Assembly: GCA_016186705.1 (NCBI GenBank)
Contig: JACPLB010000001.1
Coordinates: forward strand, 11,106 to 75,105
Source of the DNA: Candidatus Kaiserbacteria bacterium
GTDB taxonomy: Bacteria > Patescibacteriota > Minisyncoccia > Phycocordibacterales > JABMNX01
Length of the DNA stretch: 64,000 nt
Direction of reading: 5' to 3'
Position numbers and translations under genes: made by a program. Below are positions 55,105 through 64,000 of the stretch, piece after piece; position 1 is the first letter of the stretch; each line of letters starts with the position of its first letter. Under the pieces are notes generated by a model. The model was not told the DNA's origin. It made no database searches and was given only the letters and a program-made list of their open reading frames with translations.

Positions 55105-56232
55105 TTATTTTTTATATTCAACAAACTTTCCGCTTTTTATTACAAACAAACCAACCGCTGTGTTTTCTGCTGCATGATTGTTGTTGAATTTCACTATGCC
55201 ATTTGGTGTTGTAAAGCTATTTTTCTCAATATAAGTTGCGATTTCCGCTTTAGAACTGACTTTTGAAACAGCTTCCGCTAAAACATAAACCGCATCATAC
55301 GCCCTGTTAGCAGACTTTGTTGGTTCCTGCCCGTATCTGGCTTTGAATCTTTTAGTGAACTCATCCGTTGTGACATTCCAATCAAGGACGATAATGTTTT
55401 CAAGTAAATTTTTATTGATGTCCTTCATAGTTAGCGCGTCATTGATGCCATTATGAGTTATCAATTTAGGGTGAAAATTCAAATCTTGGGCTTGTCTCAG
55501 AAAGGTTAGATGATCCGCCGAAATCATATCCATAAATACCAAATCCACCTTGGCTTGCTTTAATTTCAAAATAGTAGTCTTGAAATCGGCTTGGCCTATG
55601 TTTTTATAACTTTCATCGATCACTTCCCCTTTACCAGCAACTTCAACTATAGGTTTTAGAACTCGGGTTATTTCTTGTCCAAAAACAGATTCAAAACGCA
55701 CTATCGCAAACTTTGTGTATTTTTCAGTCTGTAAATAATCTCTAAATGCCTCAAGAATCTTTTCAAAGTCAGTCATCATTATAAAACTTTTTTCATTGGT
55801 ATCAAATGCTCCAGGGATACGAGGACTTGAAGGAACAAGAAGCACCGTGTCGCCATTTTTCGCGAGAGGAAAAACAGCTTGAGTCACAAAATCAAAATTG
55901 CTTCCAATTATTCCGTCAACGTTATCAATACCGGTGAATTTATGATATAGACCAACGGCCACTTTAGGATCGGTTTGATCGTCCTCTATAATCACTTGCA
56001 CCATTCTACCTTTGATACCTCCTTTGGCGTTTATTTCTTCAACTGCTAAATCAATGCCCATCTTTGACATTTCCCCAAACGTTGCCGCAACGCCTGTCAA
56101 GGAAATTAGTCCACCAATCTTAATTGGTTCTTGAGAAGTTGATATACTATTTACTTTACTAGACTGCCAGTACCAAATGCCGCCAAAAAGAACCGCTATA
56201 ACAATAATCCAGATGCCAATTCTATGATTCAT
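55105..56232 (-). CDS. LivJ/K-family substrate-binding protein (paralog)
   Basis: TM anchor, IKIGGLISLTG, IEDD, AYDAV. Confidence 0.9.
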   Translation of the reverse strand: MNHRIGIWIIVIAVLFGGIWYWQSSKVNSISTSQEPIKIGGLISLTGVAATFGEMSKMGIDLAVEEINAKGGIKGRMVQVIIEDDQTDPKVAVGLYHKFTGIDNVDGIIGSNFDFVTQAVFPLAKNGDTVLLVPSSPRIPGAFDTNEKSFIMMTDFEKILEAFRDYLQTEKYTKFAIVRFESVFGQEITRVLKPIVEVAGKGEVIDESYKNIGQADFKTTILKLKQAKVDLVFMDMISADHLTFLRQAQDLNFHPKLITHNGINDALTMKDINKNLLENIIVLDWNVTTDEFTKRFKARYGQEPTKSANRAYDAVYVLAEAVSKVSSKAEIATYIEKNSFTTPNGIVKFNNNHAAENTAVGLFVIKSGKFVEYKK

Positions 56233-56272
56233 ATTATTTCTTATTATACGCTTTATATAATGAAACAAAAAC

Positions 56273-57013
56273 TTACTCTCCTAAATATGCTTCAATAACC
56301 TCTTTACGCGAGAGAACTTCGTGAGATTTCCCTTCTGCAAGAAGTTTCCCTGCGTCAAGCACTATAAGATGATCAGAAAGATGCTTTATAATTTCCATGT
56401 CGTGTTCAATGAGAACGACCGTCTTCCCTTCACTTCTAAGTTTCTGCACGATACCGGCAACGGTCTTTTTCATGCTTGGAAATAACCCCGCGAACGGTTC
56501 ATCCAGAAGCATCGTATCACTTCCCATTGCAAGAGCGCGTGCAATTTCAAGAAGTTTTCTTTGTCCGTAAGAAAGATTCTCGGCGTTTTCATTTCGTTTA
56601 TCCCAAAGCCCAACTTGTTCAAGTACAACCTTGGCTTGTCGCAGATGAAAATTGGTATGATATTCAAAGAGAGAAAGAAATACGCCTCGCTCCGTAAGCA
56701 CGACTAGCACGTTATCAAGCACGCTCATTTGCTGAAATAAACGTACCTGTTGGAAAGTTCTGGTCATTCCGTACGTTCGTACGTCGTACGGCCGTATGCG
56801 TGAAAGCTTCATCTCGCTTACAAGCACCGCGCCGCTGTCAGACGGAACCATTCCTGTGAGCAGATTGACAAGCGTCGTTTTCCCGGACCCATTAGGACCG
56901 ACAATCCCCGTCACCTTTCCTTTTTCAATGCGAAGCGAAAGGTGGTCAACGGCATTGACGCCATTGAAATGCTTGTGAAGTTTTTGTGTTTGAAGGATTG
57001 ACACACTTACCAT
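56273..57013 (-). CDS. livG: Liv-type ABC ATP-binding protein (LivG)
   Basis: GPNGSGKT, RTFQ, LSYGQRKLLE, VIEAYLG. Confidence 0.92.
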   Translation of the reverse strand: MVSVSILQTQKLHKHFNGVNAVDHLSLRIEKGKVTGIVGPNGSGKTTLVNLLTGMVPSDSGAVLVSEMKLSRIRPYDVRTYGMTRTFQQVRLFQQMSVLDNVLVVLTERGVFLSLFEYHTNFHLRQAKVVLEQVGLWDKRNENAENLSYGQRKLLEIARALAMGSDTMLLDEPFAGLFPSMKKTVAGIVQKLRSEGKTVVLIEHDMEIIKHLSDHLIVLDAGKLLAEGKSHEVLSRKEVIEAYLGE

Positions 57014-57017
57014 TGTT

Positions 57018-58175
57018 TTAATACTCAACCTTTACAAACCCTCCACTTCTCACTACCACCATTTGGAAAGCGTCTTCGGGAGTAATAACGAAACCTTTTT
57101 CATTGAATGTTATCTCCGGAAGTGAAGCTCCTTTAAAACTTCTCGTCTTTGCGAGCTCTTCTCTAATGGTAGCCCTGTCGGTGTTCCCCGCTCTTTCAAT
57201 CGCGTCAACGAGTACACGAACCGCATCGTATGACGTTACCGCTGACGGGAATAATGATTTTCGTTCGTATTTTTCAAAAAATAACTTCTCAAAGTCTTCG
57301 TATTCCTCTGTGTTATTCACGGGAGTGCTGAAATACAAATCTTCAAGAGCCTCGGGACACTGCCCGAGGACTGCTTTGCTTCCAGCGGATTCCGTTGAAA
57401 GAACTAACCCGTTGAAACCAATTTCCTTAGCTTGTTTTATAAAGGCACATTGATTGTAGTCACTAACGACTACGAAGATCGCTTGCGGATTTTTCTGGTT
57501 AATCTTTGCAATACTGGTCCTAAAATCAAGAGAGAGAGGATTGCCAAAATCAATATCATCAGTAATAGCTACTCCATATTGGGGAGCTTGTTTTGTTATG
57601 TAGTCGGCAGTAAACTTCCAAAATCCTCCATTTGTAAGCCGTAAAACCGCAATATTTGTAATGTCGCGAGCTTGAGCGAAACGGAGCAATTCAAGAATAC
57701 CAACTCGGTTATCATACCAGGTTGAAAAAAGATTCTCCCCTAAGCCGTCTGTCTCAACCGTGTCTGTAATGTCTGCGCCAATGGTTGGCACGCCGTGTTC
57801 TTCTATAAGAGGGAGAATGGCAATTGCCGGCTCATCCCATTGAGGACCAATGATTCCTACGACTTTATCAATATTAATAAGTTTTTGAGCAATTGTTCCG
57901 GCATTTTTCATTTTATCAAGCGAAAGGTCCTCTGGGATGAATTGAATTTCTCTACCCAACACCCCTCCATTTCTATTAATTTCTGCAATTGCCAATTCAG
58001 CTCCTTTCAATTCTTCCTCACCTATTGCCGCGCCTATGCCTGTCAAAGCGAAAATGCCTCCAATTTTAATGGGATTCTCTGAAGAGGGTTCTGAACTAAA
58101 ATTATTAAAAGCAAGAATAGCAATGATTATGAGTACTATGATAATTCCTGTAATCCATTTCACTTCTTTACTCAT
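57018..58175 (-). CDS. LivJ/K-family substrate-binding protein (paralog)
   Basis: IKIGGIFALTG, INRNGG, SYDAV. Confidence 0.9.
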   Translation of the reverse strand: MSKEVKWITGIIIVLIIIAILAFNNFSSEPSSENPIKIGGIFALTGIGAAIGEEELKGAELAIAEINRNGGVLGREIQFIPEDLSLDKMKNAGTIAQKLINIDKVVGIIGPQWDEPAIAILPLIEEHGVPTIGADITDTVETDGLGENLFSTWYDNRVGILELLRFAQARDITNIAVLRLTNGGFWKFTADYITKQAPQYGVAITDDIDFGNPLSLDFRTSIAKINQKNPQAIFVVVSDYNQCAFIKQAKEIGFNGLVLSTESAGSKAVLGQCPEALEDLYFSTPVNNTEEYEDFEKLFFEKYERKSLFPSAVTSYDAVRVLVDAIERAGNTDRATIREELAKTRSFKGASLPEITFNEKGFVITPEDAFQMVVVRSGGFVKVEY

Positions 58176-58186
58176 GGTTATTCCGC

Positions 58187-59275
58187 TCACTTAATAAACT
58201 CACCATCTTGAATTTTAAAAATAGCAGTTGGAAGAATTGTCCTGTTATCTTTTGTCCACTCTATAGCGCCGCTCACTCCCTCATAAGATTCCAGGTTCTC
58301 CATTGTTTTTATAATCTTTTCTCTTGGACCCTCTTGTCTTAACAGATCCAAAAGTAGAATAGTTGCGTCGTACGCTTGTCCCGCAGGAATACCAGGTTTA
58401 ATTCCATATTCTCGTTCAAACTTTTCTATAAAATTATTGCTGTATGATTCGGGAGTAATAAATTCTAACCCTTCTATATAATCTTTTGCTTCTGTTGCAA
58501 GATAAGAATCAACCTCAATGCTGTATAATTTCCCTTCATAGCCAAATTCATTGAGAACCTTGGTGGCGTGTATAAATTGATAATACGTTCCTAAAAATAC
58601 CGCTTCCGGCTTCGTATTAATAATTTTTATAATTGGGACTCTTACATCCGTGTCATCCGTTTGTGTAAGTTCTTTAGTTGATATTATTCCGCCTAATTCC
58701 TTAAATCGGCTTGCAAATGAATCAGATACTTCATTTTCCCAACTGTCATGGGTACCAAATACCGCAACAGTTCGAACTCCCTGATCAAAAACGTATTCCG
58801 CTATTTTATATGCTTCAAGGGACGGGTCCATCCAGACCATCAAGGGGTTTCGTGGGTTGTCGCGATTTATAATAGGAGCGTAGCTTGGAGTAATGACTGG
58901 AATATTCGCACTTGCTATATTTGAAGCAACGGCTGCAACTTCAGCTTGAAAGAGAGGTCCTACAACTCCGTCCACCTTATCCAATGTAATTAACTTTTGA
59001 AAGACAGAGATTGCCGTCTTTGGGTCTCCTTGAGAATCTTCAATGATTGTTTCCACTCCTATATCATAAGTTTCTTTAAAATCCTTCACCGCAAGATCAA
59101 ATCCTTTTTTCGCGTTCTCACCCCACCCGGCAGCGTCTCCAGAAAGAATAAAAATAGCTCCGATTCTGATATTACCGTCTACCGTTGATTTATTATTTAA
59201 GTAGAAAATAAACCCAAGGATAATTAAAATAATAACTGTCGTTGCGATTATCCACTTTGTTTTTATTGACATCAT
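58187..59275 (-). CDS. LivJ/K-family substrate-binding protein (paralog)
   Basis: IRIGAIFILSG, IEDS, AYDA, YEGVSG. Confidence 0.9.
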   Translation of the reverse strand: MMSIKTKWIIATTVIILIILGFIFYLNNKSTVDGNIRIGAIFILSGDAAGWGENAKKGFDLAVKDFKETYDIGVETIIEDSQGDPKTAISVFQKLITLDKVDGVVGPLFQAEVAAVASNIASANIPVITPSYAPIINRDNPRNPLMVWMDPSLEAYKIAEYVFDQGVRTVAVFGTHDSWENEVSDSFASRFKELGGIISTKELTQTDDTDVRVPIIKIINTKPEAVFLGTYYQFIHATKVLNEFGYEGKLYSIEVDSYLATEAKDYIEGLEFITPESYSNNFIEKFEREYGIKPGIPAGQAYDATILLLDLLRQEGPREKIIKTMENLESYEGVSGAIEWTKDNRTILPTAIFKIQDGEFIK

Positions 59276-59329
59276 TATATGTAAGGGTAGTAATCCGTAT
59301 TAAACAGAAACAACCTTAAGAAGTCAATC

Positions 59330-60196
59330 TTACAGCCGGTACCTGCCCAATAAGCCCTGCGGGCGGTATAGCATCAGCACAACAAGAAGGAGGCCGTATA
59401 CCACTTGCCGCATTTGAGCTGCAATGTCTGTCGGAAAACCAACAAACCGCAGTATTTCCGGCAAGAGAATGAGAATGACCGCGCCGAGAAGCGCCCCTCG
59501 ATGATTTGAAAGTCCGCCGAGAATAATAATAGAGAGAATGAAAACCGATTCAAAAAGAGTGAAAGAAGAGGGGTCAATAAACGTAATGTAAGAAGCAAAG
59601 AGAGAGCCAGCCACAGCAGCCATTCCCGCCCCAATAACAAAAACAGTTAGTTTGAAGTATGTCGTGCGGTATCCAAATACTTGCAGTGCTTCCTCGTCAT
59701 CCCGAATCGCTCGAATGACGCGCCCGAATGAAGAAGAGGTAATGAAATGAGAAGTGTAATAAATTGCGACAAGAAAGACGAGCGAGAGGAGCAAAAACTC
59801 GCTATTTGAATTAAAGTGAAATCCAAAAAGAGACGGCTTATCAATTCCGGGAATCCCAAGCGGACCGCGCGTCAGACTCTGCCAGTTCAAAAAAATCGAG
59901 TATACAATCACATTAAATCCGAAGGAAGCAAGGGCGAAGTAGTCATCATTAAATCGAGACAGAACGAGTCCGATAAGAAGACCCACCAGCGCGGTGAGCG
60001 CAATACTTACAAGAACGGTGAAAAAGAAATTCACCTCAAAGGAGGTCGCCAGAATAGCCGTTGTGTACGCGCCAACGCCGAAAAAGGCGGCGTGGGTGAC
60101 CGAGAGAAGTCCGGTGTAGCCGACGACGAGGTCAAGACTTATCGCAAGGATTGCGTAGATTGTTATAAGAATGCCCAGATGGACGAGGTATTCCAT
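59330..60196 (-). CDS. livM: Liv-type ABC permease (LivM)
   Basis: GYTGLLS, HAAFFGVG, FGRVIRAIRDDE, RPQGLLG. Confidence 0.92.
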   Translation of the reverse strand: MEYLVHLGILITIYAILAISLDLVVGYTGLLSVTHAAFFGVGAYTTAILATSFEVNFFFTVLVSIALTALVGLLIGLVLSRFNDDYFALASFGFNVIVYSIFLNWQSLTRGPLGIPGIDKPSLFGFHFNSNSEFLLLSLVFLVAIYYTSHFITSSSFGRVIRAIRDDEEALQVFGYRTTYFKLTVFVIGAGMAAVAGSLFASYITFIDPSSFTLFESVFILSIIILGGLSNHRGALLGAVILILLPEILRFVGFPTDIAAQMRQVVYGLLLVVLMLYRPQGLLGRYRL

Positions 60197-60199
60197 ATA

Positions 60200-61069
60200 T
60201 TATTTTCTATTGAAAATCCCTTGCGGTCGAAAAATAAGGAAAATGATGAGTAAGGTAAATGCAATGGCGTCTTTCCACTCTCCCGAGATATACCAGATGC
60301 CAAAATTTTCTACCGTCCCGAGAAGAAGGGCTCCCATAACACCTCCAAAAACGTTTCCCACGCCGCCGACAATTGCGGCGATAACTCCTTTAAGGAGAAG
60401 AGAAAAACCCATTGTTGGAGTGATTCCTGTGTCAAAACCAACAAGAATGCCCGCAAGTCCGGCGATAGCCGAACCGATGAAAAATACCCTGCCGATGACT
60501 TTCTCGGTATCAATGCCGACAATACGCGCCACTTCTTCATCATCGCTGATTGCCCGAATCGCTTTGCCGAACATGGTTTTATACAGAAACCACGCAAGGA
60601 CGGACATAATGATGAGAGCAAGTACAAAAATGGCAATCTGGACGCTTGTCACGACTCCCCCGCCGATATGAAAAACGCCTCTCCCGAACAGGTCACTCGG
60701 CAAGGTCTGAAATTGGCTGGTAAAAAAAATGGCAATGACGGCTTGAAGGGCGGTAAAGACTCCGAGAGAGGCAATCAGCATAACGGTATTGGACGCTTTG
60801 CGCCCACGAAGCTTTTTGTATACGAATTTCTCAATGACAAATCCCAGTATTCCGGCAACTACCACGCCCGCAATAACCCCGACGAGCGTGGGGAAATTGT
60901 GCACTTTGGCGAGGTAAAACACGGTATAGGCGCCCACGGCAGCGAGCGCACCATAACCGATATCAAAAAACTTTGCCGTGGAGAAAATCAAGTTAAAACC
61001 CAAAGCCACCATGGCATAAATCGAGCCGGCAATGAGACTGTTTGCTATCAGTTGCGGGAGAATGTCCAT
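60200..61069 (-). CDS. livH: Liv-type ABC permease (LivH)
   Basis: GSIYAMVALG, GKAIRA, AAIVGGVG, RPQGIF. Confidence 0.92.
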   Translation of the reverse strand: MDILPQLIANSLIAGSIYAMVALGFNLIFSTAKFFDIGYGALAAVGAYTVFYLAKVHNFPTLVGVIAGVVVAGILGFVIEKFVYKKLRGRKASNTVMLIASLGVFTALQAVIAIFFTSQFQTLPSDLFGRGVFHIGGGVVTSVQIAIFVLALIIMSVLAWFLYKTMFGKAIRAISDDEEVARIVGIDTEKVIGRVFFIGSAIAGLAGILVGFDTGITPTMGFSLLLKGVIAAIVGGVGNVFGGVMGALLLGTVENFGIWYISGEWKDAIAFTLLIIFLIFRPQGIFNRK

Positions 61070-61156
61070 TGCGATTTACGATACCTTATTCTTTTTCACT
61101 ATGCCAGATAAAAACCCCTAATAAAGGGGTTTTTATCTCATATAGCTGCGGAGTCA

Positions 61157-62281
61157 TTAATCCGAGTATGGCACTGACTTCCCGTTTTGAATGACTCGAA
61201 TATCAACTTCAGCGCCGACCAAATCTCCGACTTCATCGAAGGAAATCTTTGGAACAGCAATGGATTCGTCGTATGAGAGGTTGACGAGGGCTTTCTTGAT
61301 ATCGTCGGGATCTGTGCCAACATCTTTGATGACACTAAGCATTACGCGAACAGCATCGTAGAAGTACGGAGTAAATGCGTTTCCCGATACTCCCGAGAGC
61401 TCAAGAACTTTGTTCTGGAATTCTTCTGGATTGTTTGATTTACCTTGAATGTAAACAATCCCTTCTGCCGCCGGAAGTGAGAAAATAGATTCATCGGCAA
61501 AAACATCTCCTGCCACAACGGGGATGTTAAGGCCAAGTTCTCGAATTTGTCTTACGCCCGCGATTGCATTTTGAACATACACAGGAAAGTACAATGCTTC
61601 CGCGGCGGCCGATTTTACTTTGGTAAGTTGCGTACGTAAGTCAACTGAATCCTGCAACACTGATTCGTTTACACTAATCGTTCCGCCGAGTTCCTTGAAA
61701 CGTTTAATAAAGGTCTCTTGAATGCCCTGTCCCCAATCGTTTTGGACATACACAACTGCGACATTTTTTTTGCCAAGTTCGTTGAAGATGAACTCTGCCG
61801 AAACTTTGCCTTGAAGTGCATCAGATGGATAGACGCGAAAGATAAAATCTCCAATTGACGTTAGAGCCGGGGCAGAGCCCACTACGATAGTAGGAATGCC
61901 AGCACTTTGTGCAACAGGCAGTCCTGGTCCCGCGGCTGCCGAACAAAGTGGGCCTATAATTGCGTGGACTTTGTCGACATTTACAAGTTTATTGAAGACT
62001 GATGACCCCGCCTGGTTGCATTTATCATCTTCAATGATGAGTTCCACTACCCGACCATTAATACCGCCTTGGTCGTTAAATTCTTTTGCCGCAAGTTCAA
62101 CACCCCCACGAACAGCTTCACCGTAAGCGCTTGCTTCTCCGGTAAGCGGTAACGATACTCCAATCTTGATTGGTCCGGTCTTGTCAGACACTCTGTCTCC
62201 CGAAAAGGAGCTGTACCCGAGCCATACGATAAGTACGACCGCTATCACTCCTATAACCCACTTGATAACTGTGCTGTTCAT
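61157..62281 (-). CDS. LivJ/K-family substrate-binding protein (paralog)
   Basis: IKIGVSLPLTG, IEDDKC, IIGPLCS, YDAV. Confidence 0.92.
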   Translation of the reverse strand: MNSTVIKWVIGVIAVVLIVWLGYSSFSGDRVSDKTGPIKIGVSLPLTGEASAYGEAVRGGVELAAKEFNDQGGINGRVVELIIEDDKCNQAGSSVFNKLVNVDKVHAIIGPLCSAAAGPGLPVAQSAGIPTIVVGSAPALTSIGDFIFRVYPSDALQGKVSAEFIFNELGKKNVAVVYVQNDWGQGIQETFIKRFKELGGTISVNESVLQDSVDLRTQLTKVKSAAAEALYFPVYVQNAIAGVRQIRELGLNIPVVAGDVFADESIFSLPAAEGIVYIQGKSNNPEEFQNKVLELSGVSGNAFTPYFYDAVRVMLSVIKDVGTDPDDIKKALVNLSYDESIAVPKISFDEVGDLVGAEVDIRVIQNGKSVPYSD

Positions 62282-62382
62282 AATTGTTTAATATATAAAC
62301 GGCTAAAGCCAACAGACCGAGGTTCTTAAAAGTGTATTCCCCTCAATGCAAATGTCAACAGAGAAGGAGAAAGGCGTAATTA

Positions 62383-63150
62383 CTACTTTTCATTTTTATT
62401 ATCGCCCATATATTGATTCCACAACATGTCGTGCACAAGAGATAAGGTCTCCGAAACCTCATAGCTTTTTATCAAAATTGCATAGGGAGCATCCGAAAAA
62501 CTTGCGAAGAGCACCAGTCCTTTGGTAACGGCTACAATTGCCTGCATTGGAAAAGTCTTGGCTGACACAAGCACATTTTGTCTCAATTCCTCCTTGTCCT
62601 TTTCCAGTCGTTCTTTTATCCACGGCGTAAGCGGACCGACAGCGAGAATGCAACGGCAAAAAATTCTTTTTTGTACTCGTCTTTTTATAAAATCCTCAAA
62701 CTGGTACATGCTGGCAGTGGGGACGTTTGAAGCATTTTCAATAGTCTTCCACATTTTCGTTTTTGTGTTGTTCAAAAATGTCTCTACGGCTGACTCAAAA
62801 CCGGACATTCCGGGGAAAAACTCCGCTGATACCTTTGATTGAGACAGAACATACGATTGAGAAAGCTCTTTCACAAGACGTTCAATATTGACTTTGTTTC
62901 TTTCAAAAAGGTTCAGAAGCACTTTTGGATTAACGGCGTTATATTTAACGCGCTTGCCAATTTTTGTTTCGGTTACCAATCCTCTTTCAATCAGCTTTCG
63001 CAGAGGTGAATACACTGATGTCCTCGACATGCCGATAGTCTTAGAAAGGTCGCTAATTGATACATTGGGAATTCTTGTAGCGGCGAGATACGCCTTAGCT
63101 TCTGATTCGGTAAGGTTTAAATATTCAGTTAAAGGTTTGTACGATTTCAT
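62383..63150 (-). CDS. TrmB-family transcriptional regulator
   Basis: LTESEAKAY, SRTSVYSPLRKLIERGLV wHTH; C-terminal effector domain. Confidence 0.88.
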   Translation of the reverse strand: MKSYKPLTEYLNLTESEAKAYLAATRIPNVSISDLSKTIGMSRTSVYSPLRKLIERGLVTETKIGKRVKYNAVNPKVLLNLFERNKVNIERLVKELSQSYVLSQSKVSAEFFPGMSGFESAVETFLNNTKTKMWKTIENASNVPTASMYQFEDFIKRRVQKRIFCRCILAVGPLTPWIKERLEKDKEELRQNVLVSAKTFPMQAIVAVTKGLVLFASFSDAPYAILIKSYEVSETLSLVHDMLWNQYMGDNKNEK

Positions 63151-63161
63151 GCGTTTCCTTC

Positions 63162-63192
63162 GTTAAAACGACGACGAAATCGTCGTTTTAAC
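63162..63192. promoter_or_regulatory. 13-bp perfect inverted repeat between the divergent trmB and SBP genes
   Basis: GTTAAAACGACGA-CGAAA-TCGTCGTTTTAAC. Confidence 0.55.
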
Positions 63193-63280
63193 TACATAAA
63201 ATAACCATATTTTACAACAAAAAGCAAGAGTGTCTGTCTTTTCTTTTGTCATTTCAGGATTACTCTATTACAATTTAATT

Positions 63281-64000
63281 ATGAAAATAACCAGAAACAT
63301 AGCGTACGGAACCATTGCACTGGTAATAGTTGCAATAATTGTAATCCTATCGTACACCGATAACTTTGCTGGCAATCAAAAAGGAGATGGAGAAAAAGTC
63401 AAAATTGGCGTCATTATGCCCTTTTCCGGAGAATTGGCTGTTTTTGGCGATAGTGCGAGACAAGGGATAGAAACCGCATTAATCCAAAGTGGGGCAGATA
63501 AGGATTCGGTGGAAATTCTATATGAAGATACGGAGGGATTTTCTACGCAAGGAGCACTAAGCGCTTTCAAAAAGCTTGTTGAACAAGATAACGCGCGCAT
63601 TATCATTGGACCGTTTGGACCGGCTCAAGTACTTACCGTCGCTCCCGATACAAAAAAATACGGGGATTTAACTATTATCGGAATGAGTAATTGTGATGAC
63701 CGATTTAAGGAGTACGCAAGCATTTTCTGCATTTATCCGGGAATCGAAGAGCAAGTAAATTTTACGCTAGAAAAGATGCAAAACGCCGGCCTTGAAAACG
63801 TGTATCTTTTTACGGAGCAGAGCGAGTTCGGGCTATTGGTAGAAAATATATTACAGGAACGGCAAGATACCAATTTTATCGGCTCGGAAAAAGTGGTTGC
63901 CGGGCAAACAAAAGATTTCCGAACATTGATTGCCAAGGCGGTAAGCAAAAGACCTGACGTCATTTATGCAATGTTTGCGCCTAACGAGGGATTTGTCATG
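63281..64000 (+). CDS. LivJ/K-family substrate-binding protein (fifth paralog, runs off the window)
   Basis: Hand translation: MKITRNIAYGTIALVIVAIIVILSY...KVKIGVIMPFSGELAVFG...YEDT...IIGP; absent from the ORF track because it is truncated. Confidence 0.85.
   Translation, partial: MKITRNIAYGTIALVIVAIIVILSYTDNFAGNQKGDGEKVKIGVIMPFSGELAVFGDSARQGIETALIQSGADKDSVEILYEDTEGFSTQGALSAFKKLVEQDNARIIIGPFGPAQVLTVAPDTKKYGDLTIIGMSNCDDRFKEYASIFCIYPGIEEQVNFTLEKMQNAGLENVYLFTEQSEFGLLVENILQERQDTNFIGSEKVVAGQTKDFRTLIAKAVSKRPDVIYAMFAPNEGFVM

Overview
This is a 64 kb chromosomal window of a small-genome bacterium. Gene content and style fit Patescibacteria/CPR (Parcubacteria-like); this is inferred from two mreB paralogs, a class I LysRS, a short ND-type AspRS, a short ProRS and near-leaderless core genes. 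The genetic code is standard code 11. Most of the window is housekeeping: murA, mreB, mreBCD-PBP2, mraZ-rsmH-ftsL-ftsI-murF, mraY-ftsW-murG, scpAB, dnaB, recR, greA, frr, six aminoacyl-tRNA synthetases, L9/L21/L27 and tRNA-Glu(CTC). Self-contained ORFans are interspersed, and the window ends in a Liv-type ABC locus with five substrate-binding paralogs and a TrmB regulator. Four non-obvious signals stand out. (1) A tandem cluster of three promoter-to-terminator structured small-RNA units lies at 42.76-43.22 kb; units 1 and 3 share a 5' hairpin with compensatory base changes. (2) A 1,080-bp transposase-less IS1595-like element with terminal inverted repeats and an 8-bp target duplication carries a hicB-hicA-like pair and two micro-ORFs. 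(3) The 3' end of a probable DGR target gene sits at the left edge. (4) A strand-oriented 7-nt-period AAGCTnn intergenic repeat family recurs at gene boundaries. All calls come from reading the sequence and motif recall; no searches were run.
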